Notes under the pieces: generated by a model
Told to the model about the DNA's origin: nothing
Database searches by the model: none
The model's input: the letters and a program-made list of their open reading frames with translations, nothing else
Translations under genes and position numbers: made by a program
In this document: positions 40,766 through 51,961 of the stretch, in pieces
How positions within the stretch are numbered: the stretch's first letter is position 1
Layout: every line of letters starts with the position of its first letter
NCBI GenBank assembly: GCA_964016885.1
Contig: OZ024753.1
Location: 930,001-994,000, forward strand
DNA: 64,000 nucleotides
Source of the DNA: Eledone cirrhosa
Taxonomy: Eukaryota
Direction: 5' to 3'

Positions 40766-43700
40766 TGCGTGTGTGTGTGTGTGTATGTATGTGTATAGAT
40801 ATATATTATATACACACACAGTTGTCCCCCATTATTCGCGGGCGTTACGTCCTAGAGCACCCACAAAGAGTGAAAAACCGTGAATATTGAACGTGATCCA
40901 TAAAAATGCCTATAAACGTCAAAATATAACGTAAAATATAATAAAAAAGAGGGAGCCCCTTATGCGAAGGGGCGTCCAATGTGCCGGCAAATACGGTATA
41001 TCGTTATTAATATATATCTATCTAAGGTAGGTGAAGAATAGAATGCTACTCCTTCTGTATTTGAATGAGGCATGTGTAAATCAATTAAATAATGTATTAA
41101 ACATTGGTTATTTATATATGGAGAGGAGATGAACTCTGCCAGGTTTAAAATATTCCCCAGAAACGATGTGTGTCAATATGGCGCCACTACGACTCCTCAA
41201 GAGTTACAGGTCCATACTATACCATATATTATGTCTGAAATAACAAACACTTTAAAATGTTTTGTTGCATATCGAATGTTACCAATGTTTCACAGATGAT
41301 TGGCTCAAGGGTTTTATCAATGTGGTAAACCTAACTCCAATATCAATCTGCTCATATTATGTATTAAACATTGGTTATTTATATATGGAGAGGAGATGAA
41401 CTCCGCCAGGTTTATATAAATATATATATATATATATATTAGGTGGATGAAACTCAGCTGGCCAAGATTTTGGATTTGGTGAAAAGTGGAGAATCAGAAG
41501 GTGCCAAAATGATGTGTGGTGGTAAACAGAAAGGAGATAAAGGATATTTTATGGAACCAACTGTTTTTTCCAATGTCAAAGATGACATGAGAATAGCAAA
41601 AGAAGAGGTAAGTCTTCCAAATATATTTATATTCAACTGTATTTTCACACATTGAACTCTGGTTATATTCCAGCACCACATTCTTGGTTTTATTTTTACT
41701 TATTTCAGTCAATTTACTGTGGCCACAAAGACATCAGGTAGTGCTGGTGACACGAAAATATGTAATCAGCACACCCTATAATGTGGTTGAACACATGAGC
41801 AAGACAAACAATGACAATCCATCTATCATACATTATCTCTCTCTCTCTCTCTCAACCCTATATTATCTGTTTTGTCTCTCTGTTCTCTGATTATAACCAT
41901 CTTCTATTGCAATCTATAAGAGAATGTCTCAACCAGCACATCTTTCATGAGCCTGGAGCATCAAAAAGAGACGCCTGTGATTATTTGAAGTCTTCTCCAC
42001 CCCTCTCAAACAAATAAAAACCCTCTGGGTACTCTTGAATCCTGAAAAGCATTTACAGCCCACCCTGAAGAATTTCTCTCAGCAGTCTTATTATTATTGT
42101 AAAATGATGACAATGACAAGAGCAAGGTTCCAACCTCCATAAAATTAATTCTGTTATTCCTTTCTTCCTGTTATTCTAGATATTTGGTCCAGTGCAGCAG
42201 ATTTTGAAGTTCTCTGATATGGAGGAAGTCATAGAACGAGCTAATAACACTCACTATGGACTGGCAGCTGCCATCTTTACTAAAGACATTGACAAGGCTA
42301 TGACCTTCACAAGTGCTGTTCAAGCTGGAACTGTGTGGTGAGAAACTATTATTGCTTATACTCACTCTGCTTAGGGTAAAGAATAATAGTTCTGGTGTTT
42401 TTTAACTCTTAATGTCCTCTACTACATTAGCAAGACTTTCTGAAAAGTACAAAACACCACCATGACCATATCGCAGTAAAAGTTAATGTCTTTACTGCAA
42501 TTTTTTACAATGTAAAGATACTACAAACATTTGAATTAACAAACTACATGCAACCACATAAATAAAACATTCATGCAAAGTACAAAGCAGCACTATGCCT
42601 CAACATTTACTTTAGTTTACTGCAGTTTTTCATAATGATTTGTGTAGCCATCATTGTCATTATCCCCATCATCATCATCATCACCACCTCTGCTGCCACC
42701 ACCATGATCATTTTCATATTCACTTTGCTATGCTTGCATGGGTTGGAAGAGTTTTTTGTAGCACTCACTAGATTCTTTTGTCATCTCTGTCACGTTCACC
42801 ATCTCTGCCCAAGTTTTCTTTGGCATTTCTCCACTGCAGCTTCCTTCCAACGAGAACTCCTGGCACTTCTTTACCAAACAATCATCATACATACACATCA
42901 CATGTCCATAGTAGTACAGTCTTCTCTCTTGCACACTACATTTGATTCCCCTCATATAGTGTTTTTCTCTCAGCTCGTCCATGCTTTACCTTTCATGCAT
43001 ATTAAACATTACACATCAATCGAAGTATACTTGCTTCATTTCTCTCCAGCCTCCACATGCCCTCTGTATATACTGCCTCTATAGCGTTCACCTCACTATT
43101 CTCTTCATCCCCTTCTTGTCCTACTATACACAATCTCCCTTAAGTTCTTTGCCCTTCTCTATCTATTGGTGATTGTACAGGATAAACCTTTGTGATGCAA
43201 TTGATTAAATATTGATGATTCTACAGGATGAAATCTGGCTCCTGTGTGGGGCTAGTATGTTATATCTGTTTTTATGATCAGGTGAAAAAATTAGAATATT
43301 TCCATCCATTTCTCTAATATGTTGCATGTTCTTCTGTTTTAGGGTAAACACTTATTGTGCGATACAATGTCAATCTCCATTTGGTGGCTTTAATATGTCT
43401 GGAATTGGCAGAGAATTGTAAGTACAAATCATACATAAACACACATGTGTATACATATACACATATGTCTATATGGACCTGGAACTCTGATGGAGTTGTA
43501 GGGACAAATTGTGGTATGCAGTTATTTATTACACTAACAGGTCCTGCTTACAAGAGATTCGTGTTTCATTGGTATTGTCAATTCATCAGTTTGGCCATCT
43601 TGGAGTGGCTATGTTCTTTCTCACCTCTTTTATAGAAGAAATCTAAAGAAAGGGCTAATATTATCTGAGCCCTTGAATGAAGCAAAAAGCAAGCCTCTGG

Positions 43701-44128
43701 CTCATCTGAGAAGTCAATAGCTCCACTTGAGTACTGACTCAGCCGTGATAACCCGTCTAACTCTTGCTAGCATTAAAAGATGATGATGATATATTCTCTC
43801 TTTCAGCATGATATATTCTGTCCTACACCATCTTGTTTTTGTGACCAAAAACCAGTTGGTGTAGGACAGAATGAGGGAGAGACACAAAATAACAACATTA
43901 AGGAGGTCACAGAATGTGTGATGAAAGAGCTTTGACAATCAACAACTAAACAACCAACCAGTTATTAAACTACCCGACTGGGAGTTTATAATAAATAGAA
44001 ATGAAAGTCAATAGGACGAGTTGAGTATAATTAGTCACAGCAGTGACATAAACAGGTACTTAAGTTTTGTTGGGTTATATGTAACGCAACAAAACTTAAA
44101 TAACTGTATATGTCACTGCTGTAAGTAA

Positions 44129-44174
<46 letters not shown>

Positions 44175-45270
44175 GAAAATATAGAAATTATTGTGAACAA
44201 GAAGCCAACAGTATTTCATAATATATAAGTGACTGTAACGTCAAAATGGAAAATAATTAACGTAAGATATGGGAAAATAATTCAAACTCAATTAAAAAAA
44301 AAAGACATATTTTATCCACAGATTTTGTGAAATCCAGGGAAAAAACTAATAGAGTCTTAACTCTCTATATATATATAAAATTAGTTGCGGCTGGGGACCA
44401 TTGAGTTAGTGACAGCGATCTTCATTAATTTTATATAGTATATATATATATGTTTGTTTTTCTTTTGTTCAATTTTCAGAGGAGAAGATGCCCTCCATGA
44501 ATACACAGAGGTGAAGAATGTAAGTAGCTAAGTTTTGTTGACTTATAATGGTTTCACATTCTGACAGAAGGCCAGTAATATTATGTAGAAAGTAGGAAAG
44601 TTAATTATATCAACCTCAATATATTACTGGTACTTTATTTTATTGACCTTGCAGGATTTGAACTCAGACAGCAAAGAGCAGTACCCTAACACTACAAACT
44701 ATTTTTGTTCTGTGCTTTAACAATTCTGCCAAAATACTAGGTCTTTTATGGGAGGGGGCCATTAGACAGGTTTCTATTAATGGACATTAAATGATGATGG
44801 TGGTGATGTTGAAGGAAGATTATCACTGAAGATTTGGGCATGTGAAAGATCTGCACGATGGTTGTGCCAAAGCTGCTGAATAATGACCAGAAGGAGCAAC
44901 ACATGCAGGTGTATCAGGACATCCTCGAGCATCTTGAAACCAAACCAGACTTACCATGAGTCATCAACAGTGATGAGTCCTGGATCTTCGAGTACGACCC
45001 ATTTCTGGACATGGTAGCCATCCAAAGGGCCATGATGACAGAGCTGCAAAATATCATGAGAGAATTCTGCCAAGAGTGTATGTAGGCATGGCAGAGAAGG
45101 ATGAGGAAATTATACCCCCTCTCTCTCTTCATATATATATATATAGGGGGTTGGGTGTTGTATAAACATATGAGAATATTAAAGCTTTGCACTGAATTCA
45201 GCAGAATTCTATTATATTTCTCTATTTTCTTCTTCAGGTTATAATAAAAGTTCCTCAAAAGAACTCCTAA
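26734..45270 (+). CDS. ALDH1: Aldehyde dehydrogenase, ALDH1-type, copy B; complete, 14 exons, 498 aa, no mitochondrial presequence
   Basis: Exons 26734-26793, 30797-30901, 32395-32535, 33196-33322, 33775-33836, 34107-34235, 35699-35812, 36737-36839, 38201-38385, 41443-41607, 42180-42337, 43343-43417, 44480-44519 and 45238-45270 total 1497 nt, all GT-AG. Catalytic Asn (WNFP), Glu (ELGGKSP) and Cys (GQCCF) are retained. Confidence 0.94.
27598..29925. repeat. 28-bp G-rich minisatellite, ~80 units, in intron 1 of copy B
   Basis: ggaggtgggtcttct(g/a)cagta(c/t)acatg(t/g) with 28/29-bp variants. Confidence 0.97.
29926..30665 (-). mobile_element. Degenerate RTE LINE fragment
   Basis: Reverse complement matches [31 protein letters not shown] and the WPCSV finger region. 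Confidence 0.85.
30797..30901 (+). CDS. ALDH copy B exon 2
   Basis: [35 protein letters not shown]. Confidence 0.9.
31725..32100 (+). mobile_element. CR1/L2-group LINE C-terminal remnant
   Basis: [13 protein letters not shown]...GRQCVVP...[11 protein letters not shown] resembles C-termini of this group (from recall). Confidence 0.45.
32395..32535 (+). CDS. ALDH copy B exon 3
   Basis: [14 protein letters not shown]...[13 protein letters not shown]. Confidence 0.9.
33196..33322 (+). CDS. ALDH copy B exon 4
   Basis: [42 protein letters not shown]. Confidence 0.9.
33775..33836 (+). CDS. ALDH copy B exon 5
   Basis: [21 protein letters not shown]. Confidence 0.9.
33972..34073. repeat. 21-bp tandem repeat x~5
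   Basis: acattacattaacactaatag. Confidence 0.85.
34107..34235 (+). CDS. ALDH copy B exon 6
   Basis: [43 protein letters not shown]. Confidence 0.92.
35105..35350 (-). mobile_element. 3' end of an RLE-type (R4/NeSL-like) non-LTR element
   Basis: Minus strand reads IGALRMIK followed by a degenerate [23 protein letters not shown] terminus, next to (ATT)n. Confidence 0.5.
35699..35812 (+). CDS. ALDH copy B exon 7
   Basis: [38 protein letters not shown]. Confidence 0.92.
36270..36448 (+). mobile_element. Nin-core SINE with TSD
   Basis: Flanking direct repeat attatttattc(t/a)gactct. Confidence 0.85.
36737..36839 (+). CDS. ALDH copy B exon 8
   Basis: [34 protein letters not shown]. Confidence 0.92.
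38201..38385 (+). CDS. ALDH copy B exon 9
   Basis: [36 protein letters not shown]...INGPQ. Confidence 0.92.
39392..39860. repeat. 70-bp minisatellite, ~6.5 units
   Basis: gggaggtaaccatgttgtatgtttgggtgtgtgtacggtgtgtgacagtatatgcgcgcgtgcgcgttgacgtttttcaa; paralogous array at 56355-56910. Confidence 0.92.
41443..41607 (+). CDS. ALDH copy B exon 10
   Basis: [16 protein letters not shown]...[22 protein letters not shown]. Confidence 0.9.
42180..42337 (+). CDS. ALDH copy B exon 11
   Basis: [36 protein letters not shown]...AGTVW. Confidence 0.92.
43343..43417 (+). CDS. ALDH copy B exon 12
   Basis: [25 protein letters not shown]. Confidence 0.9.
44480..44519 (+). CDS. ALDH copy B exon 13
   Basis: [13 protein letters not shown]. 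Confidence 0.88.
44815..45103 (+). mobile_element. Mariner transposase remnant in intron 13
   Basis: [23 protein letters not shown]...[14 protein letters not shown] (WVPK-like motif and first catalytic Asp). Confidence 0.75.
45238..45270 (+). CDS. ALDH copy B exon 14 (stop)
   Basis: [10 protein letters not shown]. Confidence 0.88.
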   Translation, partial: VIIKVPQKNS

Positions 45271-45287
45271 AGACATCACTCCTCTGA

Positions 45288-45370
<83 letters not shown>

Positions 45371-45489
45371 GTTTTGGAAGCCTCTACAATGCTGGTGGGT
45401 AAATCTACAGGTAACAAAATCCGGTGGCAGGAGGAGAGAGAAAAATAGGAAGAAGTGTAAAAAAAAAACCAAAAGCAAACTGTAACATT

Positions 45490-45529
<40 letters not shown>

Positions 45530-45815
45530 TTATTATTAATAAAGATTAGAGGCCATAATCAGTTGATTCGGGTTTATTTAAAACTGTTACAGATATACTG
45601 AGGACTATCAGTTATGATAGCCTGAACTCTTCAGACCTTGAAAAAATTGAAAGTTCTTCAAAAGAGTTTTTAAATTTAAAAAAAAGCCCAAAACTCCCTC
45701 CAAATGGGGACTCGCAATGTTTTCAAGTTTTTATAGGTTTTGCTTAATCAGTTGTACAATGACTCTTTCTGTAACTGTCATGACCTGGTCCAGCAATTTG
45801 ATGCTTTGGTATGTA

Positions 45816-45863
<48 letters not shown>

Positions 45864-47189
45864 TATCATATATTTTCACTAGCTCTGACAGTTGGCAAGT
45901 AAGCAGTAAACTGCACTGATGAAGGGTAATCACCCAGAAACAGTAGTGTCTGCCGTTCTGTTTGCATGCCAACACAAGAGTGAGAATGAGAGGCTTATTC
46001 TACTGACATGGCTTATAAAAGAGGTTGTTTGCATAATTGCAAACAAATCGAATATTATTATTAATATCCAAAAAACTTTGATTACATTTATTGTATACAG
46101 CCATATATAGATATATATAGATATATATATATAGATATATATATAGATATATATATATAGATATATATATATATAGATATACACAGAAGAGGTGTCACTT
46201 TGATGTGGACCCTTTGTGGTTTAAAGAAATCATTATTATTATTATGGGCGCTTGATGAATATTATTGAATCCTGGCGAGGTTGACTTTGCCTTTCATCCT
46301 TACGGGGTCGATAAAATAAAGTACCAGTAATACACTGGGTATTTGCTGGCCTTGTGCCTAAAGTAGAAACAGTTATTGAAGCGGAGAGAGAGAGAAGAGA
46401 AAGTATTGTGTTAGTGTGTCAGTGAGTGTATATATATATCTGGGAGTATAAAGAAAATAAGTGAATCAGAAAAGTGTAGAAAAGAGAAAAAGGTGAATGG
46501 GAACGAGAAAGAGAAGGGGAGTGTGTGCTAGAGAGAAGGGGATAGTGAGGGGTAGTATTTCTGTGTGTTAGGGAGAAGGGGAAAGAGATGAATAGTTTGT
46601 GTATATGTGTTAGAGAGAGACAGAAAAGGTATGTATGTATGTTAAAGAGAGAGAGATGTGTGTATGTATATGTGTGTATGTATGTGTTAGAGAGAGACAG
46701 AAAAGAGATGTATGTATGTATGTATGTTAAAGAGAGAGAGATGTGTGTATGTATATGTATGTATGTGTTAGAGAGAGGGCAGGAATGTGTTTATGTATGT
46801 GAAAGAAAGAGTATGTATATGTGTGAGAGAAAGACCACACCACACCACACCACACCACACCACACCACACACAGATGCGCGCGTCTGTCATTGACCTGAA
46901 TAAATAAAAGTTCTATGGAAAAACCATCAAAATTCTCACGAAAATATTTAAATGCTGCGAAACTTTGACATTTTATTCAGAAAATAGTGGCGGGGGGGGG
47001 GGTTGTATTTATTGATATTATTATTATTGTGTTGGATTAACAGTATTGGTAGAAGGTTGGACTCCCTGCAGCAGAGTTACACACTTTTATGTTCTGAGTT
47101 CAAATCCTGCCGAGGTTAGCTTTGCCTTTCAGCCATTAATAGTCACTAATAAAAAAAGTACCAGTCAATTACTGGGGTCGATTCTTCCT

Positions 47190-47705
47190 CTATATTTCTT
47201 CCCCCCACTCTCTCTCTATCCTTCCCCCCACTCTCTCTCTCTATCCTTTCTCCCACTTTCTCTCTCTATCCTTTCTCCCACTCTCTCTCTCTATCCTTTC
47301 CCCCCACTCTCTCTCTATCCTTTCTCCCACTCTCTCTCTATCCTTTCTCCCACTCTCTCTATATCCTTTCTCCCACTCTCTCTCTATCCTTTCTCCCACT
47401 CTCTCTCTATTCTTTCCCCCCACTCCCTCTCTATCCCCCCCCCCCCCCCCGACTCTCTCTCAATCCTTTCTCCCACTGTCTCTATATCCTTCCCCCCACT
47501 CTCTCTCTCTATCCTTTCCCCCCACTCTCTCTCTATCCTTTCCCCCCCCACTCTCTCTCTATCCTTTCTCCCCACTCTCTCTCTCTATCCTTCCCCCCGC
47601 TCTCTATCCTTCCCCCCCACTCTCTATCCTTCCCCCCCCACTCTCTCTCTATCCTTCCTCCCACTCTCTTTCTATCCTTCCTCCCACTCTCTCTCTATCC
47701 TTCCC
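47190..47705. repeat. Polypyrimidine (CT)-rich tandem array
   Basis: ctctctctatcctttctcccact units. Confidence 0.9.
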
Positions 47706-48189
47706 TGAAAGAAATCTGCTGTATTTAGACCTGAAGAGATGAGGTCTGCCAGTTTTCAACAAAAGCCCTAGAAATGCCCTATGTCAATATGGCGCCCCCT
47801 ACGACTCCTCATATTAGTATACTAGCCAGGGCAGATCAGGTAACCCTGTCTTGCTCATACGGACCAGTCAGGTGTTTGGTTTCCATAAATGGATGCCCTA
47901 CCTAACCCCAACCACATTACACCTAGTTCATACATTCTGCTTCTGTGTTTCTACGTTGTCATGGATTTGATGTGTTGTGGGGTTTATCCATCTCTGTATG
48001 GTGACATGAATGAGGGATGATGGAGAGGTGAGACTGTCTTTGTATGAAGTGAGTGGAAGAGTACTAAGGGGGTGGGGGGGGGGTTATATAATTAAGTGGT
48101 GTGAAGTATGCAGGATATAAAACCTGGGACATCCAATGATGTAGACCAGTTCTTCTTTTGGGGATTGACCCCTCTTCACTTGATATGTA

Positions 48190-48745
48190 ACTTTTTTTGT
48201 GATGCATCGTATTGCTGGCCAGATGCAAGTCCCTGGCAGGACTAAAGAGCGACGTCTGTGATGCTTAAGAAAAAGTGGCCTCGGGCACAAGGGTCCTGAG
48301 TGCCATGGATGAACCTTTTGATGAGTGCCACAATTGCACTCAGAAGGCGGCGGTGCCCGGCTCCAGCTGATAGGGAGGATAGCATCACTTTGAGATGGCC
48401 AGGTCGGAGACCACCTGTAGCTCTGCTGCTACTGGCAGGAAAGGACTTAATGGCAGACATGATGTCTGCATCATATGCTACATAGAGCAGGTGAGGATCA
48501 GATGGGGTTATGGGTCTGAGGTCTGCGGGCAGCTCAGGATACCTGAGCCGAAGGGCAGCTAGGACCTCCTCACTGGAGTGGAGAATGGTGTCCTCCGAGG
48601 CCACCATTGTGACCGTGGCCAAGACATCACTCTCGACTAGTTTGGTGTTTATGTGGTCATGTAAAAACTTTGTGCTGGCCTCATAGGTGGAGGATTAGCG
48701 GCACCTGAGAGCAGAGGGTGTGACATCTTTGGGCACACTTGGGAC
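48190..48745 (-). mobile_element. CRE-like LINE remnant (region N-terminal to RT)
   Basis: AIKSFPASSSRATGGLRPGHLKVML matches the SFPxGSxxGxDGLRPxHL motif of CRE-type elements. Confidence 0.65.
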
Positions 48746-48761
48746 GAGCGCTTCTTCATTT

Positions 48762-49331
48762 CATTTTACGTCCGCTTTTTCCCTGCTTGCAAGGGTGGGA
48801 CGGGAACGGATACTGGCTTGATTTCTACAGCTGGATGCCCTTCCTAACACCAACCTCATTTACAGTGAGTACTGGGTACTTTTTTGCCGTGGCACCTCCT
48901 CGACCACTTTGCAGTGGAATGATAGGACCGCAGTCCCTATCATCTCATTTCTACAGCTGAGTAAACAGGAGCAATGTGAAATAAAGTGTCTTGCTCAAGG
49001 AAACAACAAATCACCCGGTCTGAGAATTGAACTCACAACCTTTCGATTGCAAGGCCAATGCTCTAACCACTAAGCAATGTGTGTATATATAAGTATATAT
49101 ATGTATATATATATTGTTTCCTTGAGCAAGACACTTTATTTCACATTGCTCCAGTTTACTCAGCTGTAGAAATGAGATACTAGGGACTGAGGTCCCTATC
49201 ATTCCACTGCAAAGTGGTCGTGGAGGTGCCACGGCAAAAAAGTACCCAGTACTCACTGTAAATGAGGTTGGTGTTAGGAAGGGCATCAAGCCAGTATCCA
49301 TTCCCGTCCCACCCTTGCAAGCAGGGAAAAA
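48762..49331. mobile_element. Inverted pair of RTE-tailed SINEs
   Basis: 48776-49006 is the reverse complement of 49114-49331. Confidence 0.85.
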
Positions 49332-49384
49332 AAATCACTTGATCACCTATAGATCAGGCGAAAACGCCAGTCAGATAGATTATA

Positions 49385-50770
49385 TCCATCAGGGCTCCGT
49401 TCTTAGCCCCCCTACTATTTATTATTGCCCTTCGGGCTATAACAGAGGAGTTCAAGACTGCCTGCCCATGGGAACTCCTATATGCAGATGATCTAACGCT
49501 CATAGCTGAATCAATGGCTGAACTAGAGAAGTAATTCCAAACATGGAAGCATAGCCTAGAATCAAAAGGCCTTAAAGTTAACTTGTCTAAGTTCTAGTTT
49601 GTAGGAAGGAAAATAGGGCACTGGTCCCATCTGGGAAATGGCCATGCTCAGTGTGTAGGAAAGGAGTAGGTAGAAACTCCATTTTATGTCCCAAATGCAA
49701 AGTATGGGTGCATAAAAGATGTAGTGGGATCACAGGTAAGCTAACTAAGAATATAGATTTTATATGTGGCCGGTGCTCTGGTGCAATAAGTAGCAGCAAG
49801 TGCCTACAGAATACTAGCTCATTCCATTGCATAGATGGTTCTATAGAAATAATGGACACCTTCCGTTACCTGGGTGACAAAATCAGCAGTGGGGAAGGGT
49901 GCTCTGAAAGTACAGTAGCTAGAGTCAGAACTGGATGGAAAAAGTTCAGAGAGCTTATACCACTATTGGCCGCTAAAGGGTTCTCTCTAAAAATGAAAGG
50001 CAGGCTGTATGATGCCTGCATACGAACAGCAACAATGTTACATGGCAGTGAGACTTGGGCATTGTGTGCAGACTGGAGAGAAACGAAGCTTGCATGCTCC
50101 ACTGGATGTGTAATAGTAATATATGTGAACGGCAAAGCATAAACGAACTCAGGGAGAAATTAGGAATAAGAGGGATCAGATGTTGTTTACTCGAGAGAAG
50201 GCTACGTTGGTATGGTCAAGTGATGCGCATGAAAGACGACAGCTGTATAACAAAGTGCAAGGCAATAAAAATAGACGGTAGCCACGGAGTAGGCAACCCA
50301 GAAAAACCTGGGACGACTTGATAAATTCCGACCTCACACACTTACACCTCTCCAAGGCAATGTCACTACACTAATACAGAAGACCCGCCGTGCCTTAGTA
50401 CAAAGCGAAACCTACAGTCAGTAGGGACCTCTAACAAAATACACCCCGGCCCCACCCCATCACACCACCCCCTTAAATGTAAAGTTATGTTGGTACCACA
50501 ACATCCAGCCCGAAACAAATGAGATCGTGTAGGTGTCACGACAAAAAAACACACAGTCCACGCTGTAATGTGGCCGTGTAGGTAACACGGTAAAAACCTC
50601 CCAGTCCCACACTGTAAACGTGGTTGGTGTTAGGAAGGGCATCGAGCCGTAGAAAACCCGCCAGACAGTCCTATGCGAGCAAGACAACCACTCTTGCCTC
50701 AAGTGGGAAAACTCCCGTCCAAACTCATGCAAGCGTGGAAGATGGACGTTAAACGATAATGATGATGATG

Positions 50771-50772
<2 letters not shown>
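49385..50772 (+). mobile_element. Degenerate 5'-truncated RTE LINE
   Basis: [17 protein letters not shown], the finger region and RLRWYG, with stops and frameshifts. (GAT)n tail followed by (TA)n. Confidence 0.9.
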
Positions 50773-50802
<30 letters not shown>

Positions 50803-50949
50803 TAAAATAACAGATTAAAGTTTAAGCAAAGTATAGTATTATTACTATTGATCATGCCTTTATTTTTAAATTTTCTCATTCCTTGTATTTTAATCATGCT
50901 TTATTTTTATTTATTATTTATTATATTTTTGTCTTTATTTGTTAATTTT

Positions 50950-51133
50950 TCATTCGCACCGTTTCCTTTCGCTATATGTCTCTCCACCACTCCCCTACAC
51001 ACCTTTTGAACTCTCACCTGAAGAAGGGCTTATGCCCGAAACGGCGTCCCCCACCTACCCCCCACTCTCCTGAGCGTGAATTTAATAAACATTTATCGTA
51101 CTGCCTCTCTGTTCTGTCCCTGTTCAATTTTTC

Positions 51134-51136
<3 letters not shown>
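50950..51136 (+). mobile_element. Penelope-like LTR fragment with minimal hammerhead core
   Basis: ctgaaga-a-gggc-ttat-gccc-gaaac-ggc-gtc at 51018-51048. Confidence 0.6.
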
Positions 51137-51174
<38 letters not shown>

Positions 51175-51893
51175 TAGCAAACAGGCTGTAAAACTTTGTA
51201 GTGTTGGAGGTAAACACTTTACTTTTTAATGTGATATAATCATAGTATGGGGAAGACCTCGGAACACGACAGTTCGTCTAACCCATGGAAAATAGACGTA
51301 AAATAACGATAATGATATACATGACACTATTTACTGTTTGTTTATGGACTGAAACAAAGCAGTTCGACAAAAACAGATCGATAAAATAAGTGCCAGACTC
51401 GAAACAAATAAATGCTGGTGTCGATATGACCGAGTGAATCCTTTTATGTCGATGCTCCAGCATGGCCGCAGTCTAATGACTGAAAAAGAATCTCTGAATC
51501 ATATTAACGACGCTCCTAACAGATATTGGAGATTTTCGTGGAATCAAATCAATTTAACAGTCAAAGGGAAGTAAATCTTGACACAAACACAGCAGAAGGC
51601 ATGCACGATTTCTTTCCCCTTGGACTTACTCGAATTGCGTTAAAACATTACGACGCCAAGACTTTACTTGGTTGCTCTACCAGCAAAAAATACCTCCAAC
51701 AAAATAAATATATATATAAACAGACTACGAAACACAAACGTATTCGCCATAATAACATTTATAAGTCTATAAGACATTATTAATGAAAAACAACGAAGAA
51801 AGAGTAAAATAAATAACGTAAACATCGGCGGTTGTCGGAAGCAGACGATAGTTACTGGTGCGTGTGTGAGTTTATCTGTCACTGTTTACCTGC

Positions 51894-51961
<68 letters not shown>

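Noticed and set aside
26734-45270. Calling copy B (or A) omega-crystallin or mitochondrial ALDH2
   Set aside because: B has no presequence and has an ALDH1A-type intron 4. Crystallin status needs phylogeny and lens expression, which I cannot obtain here.
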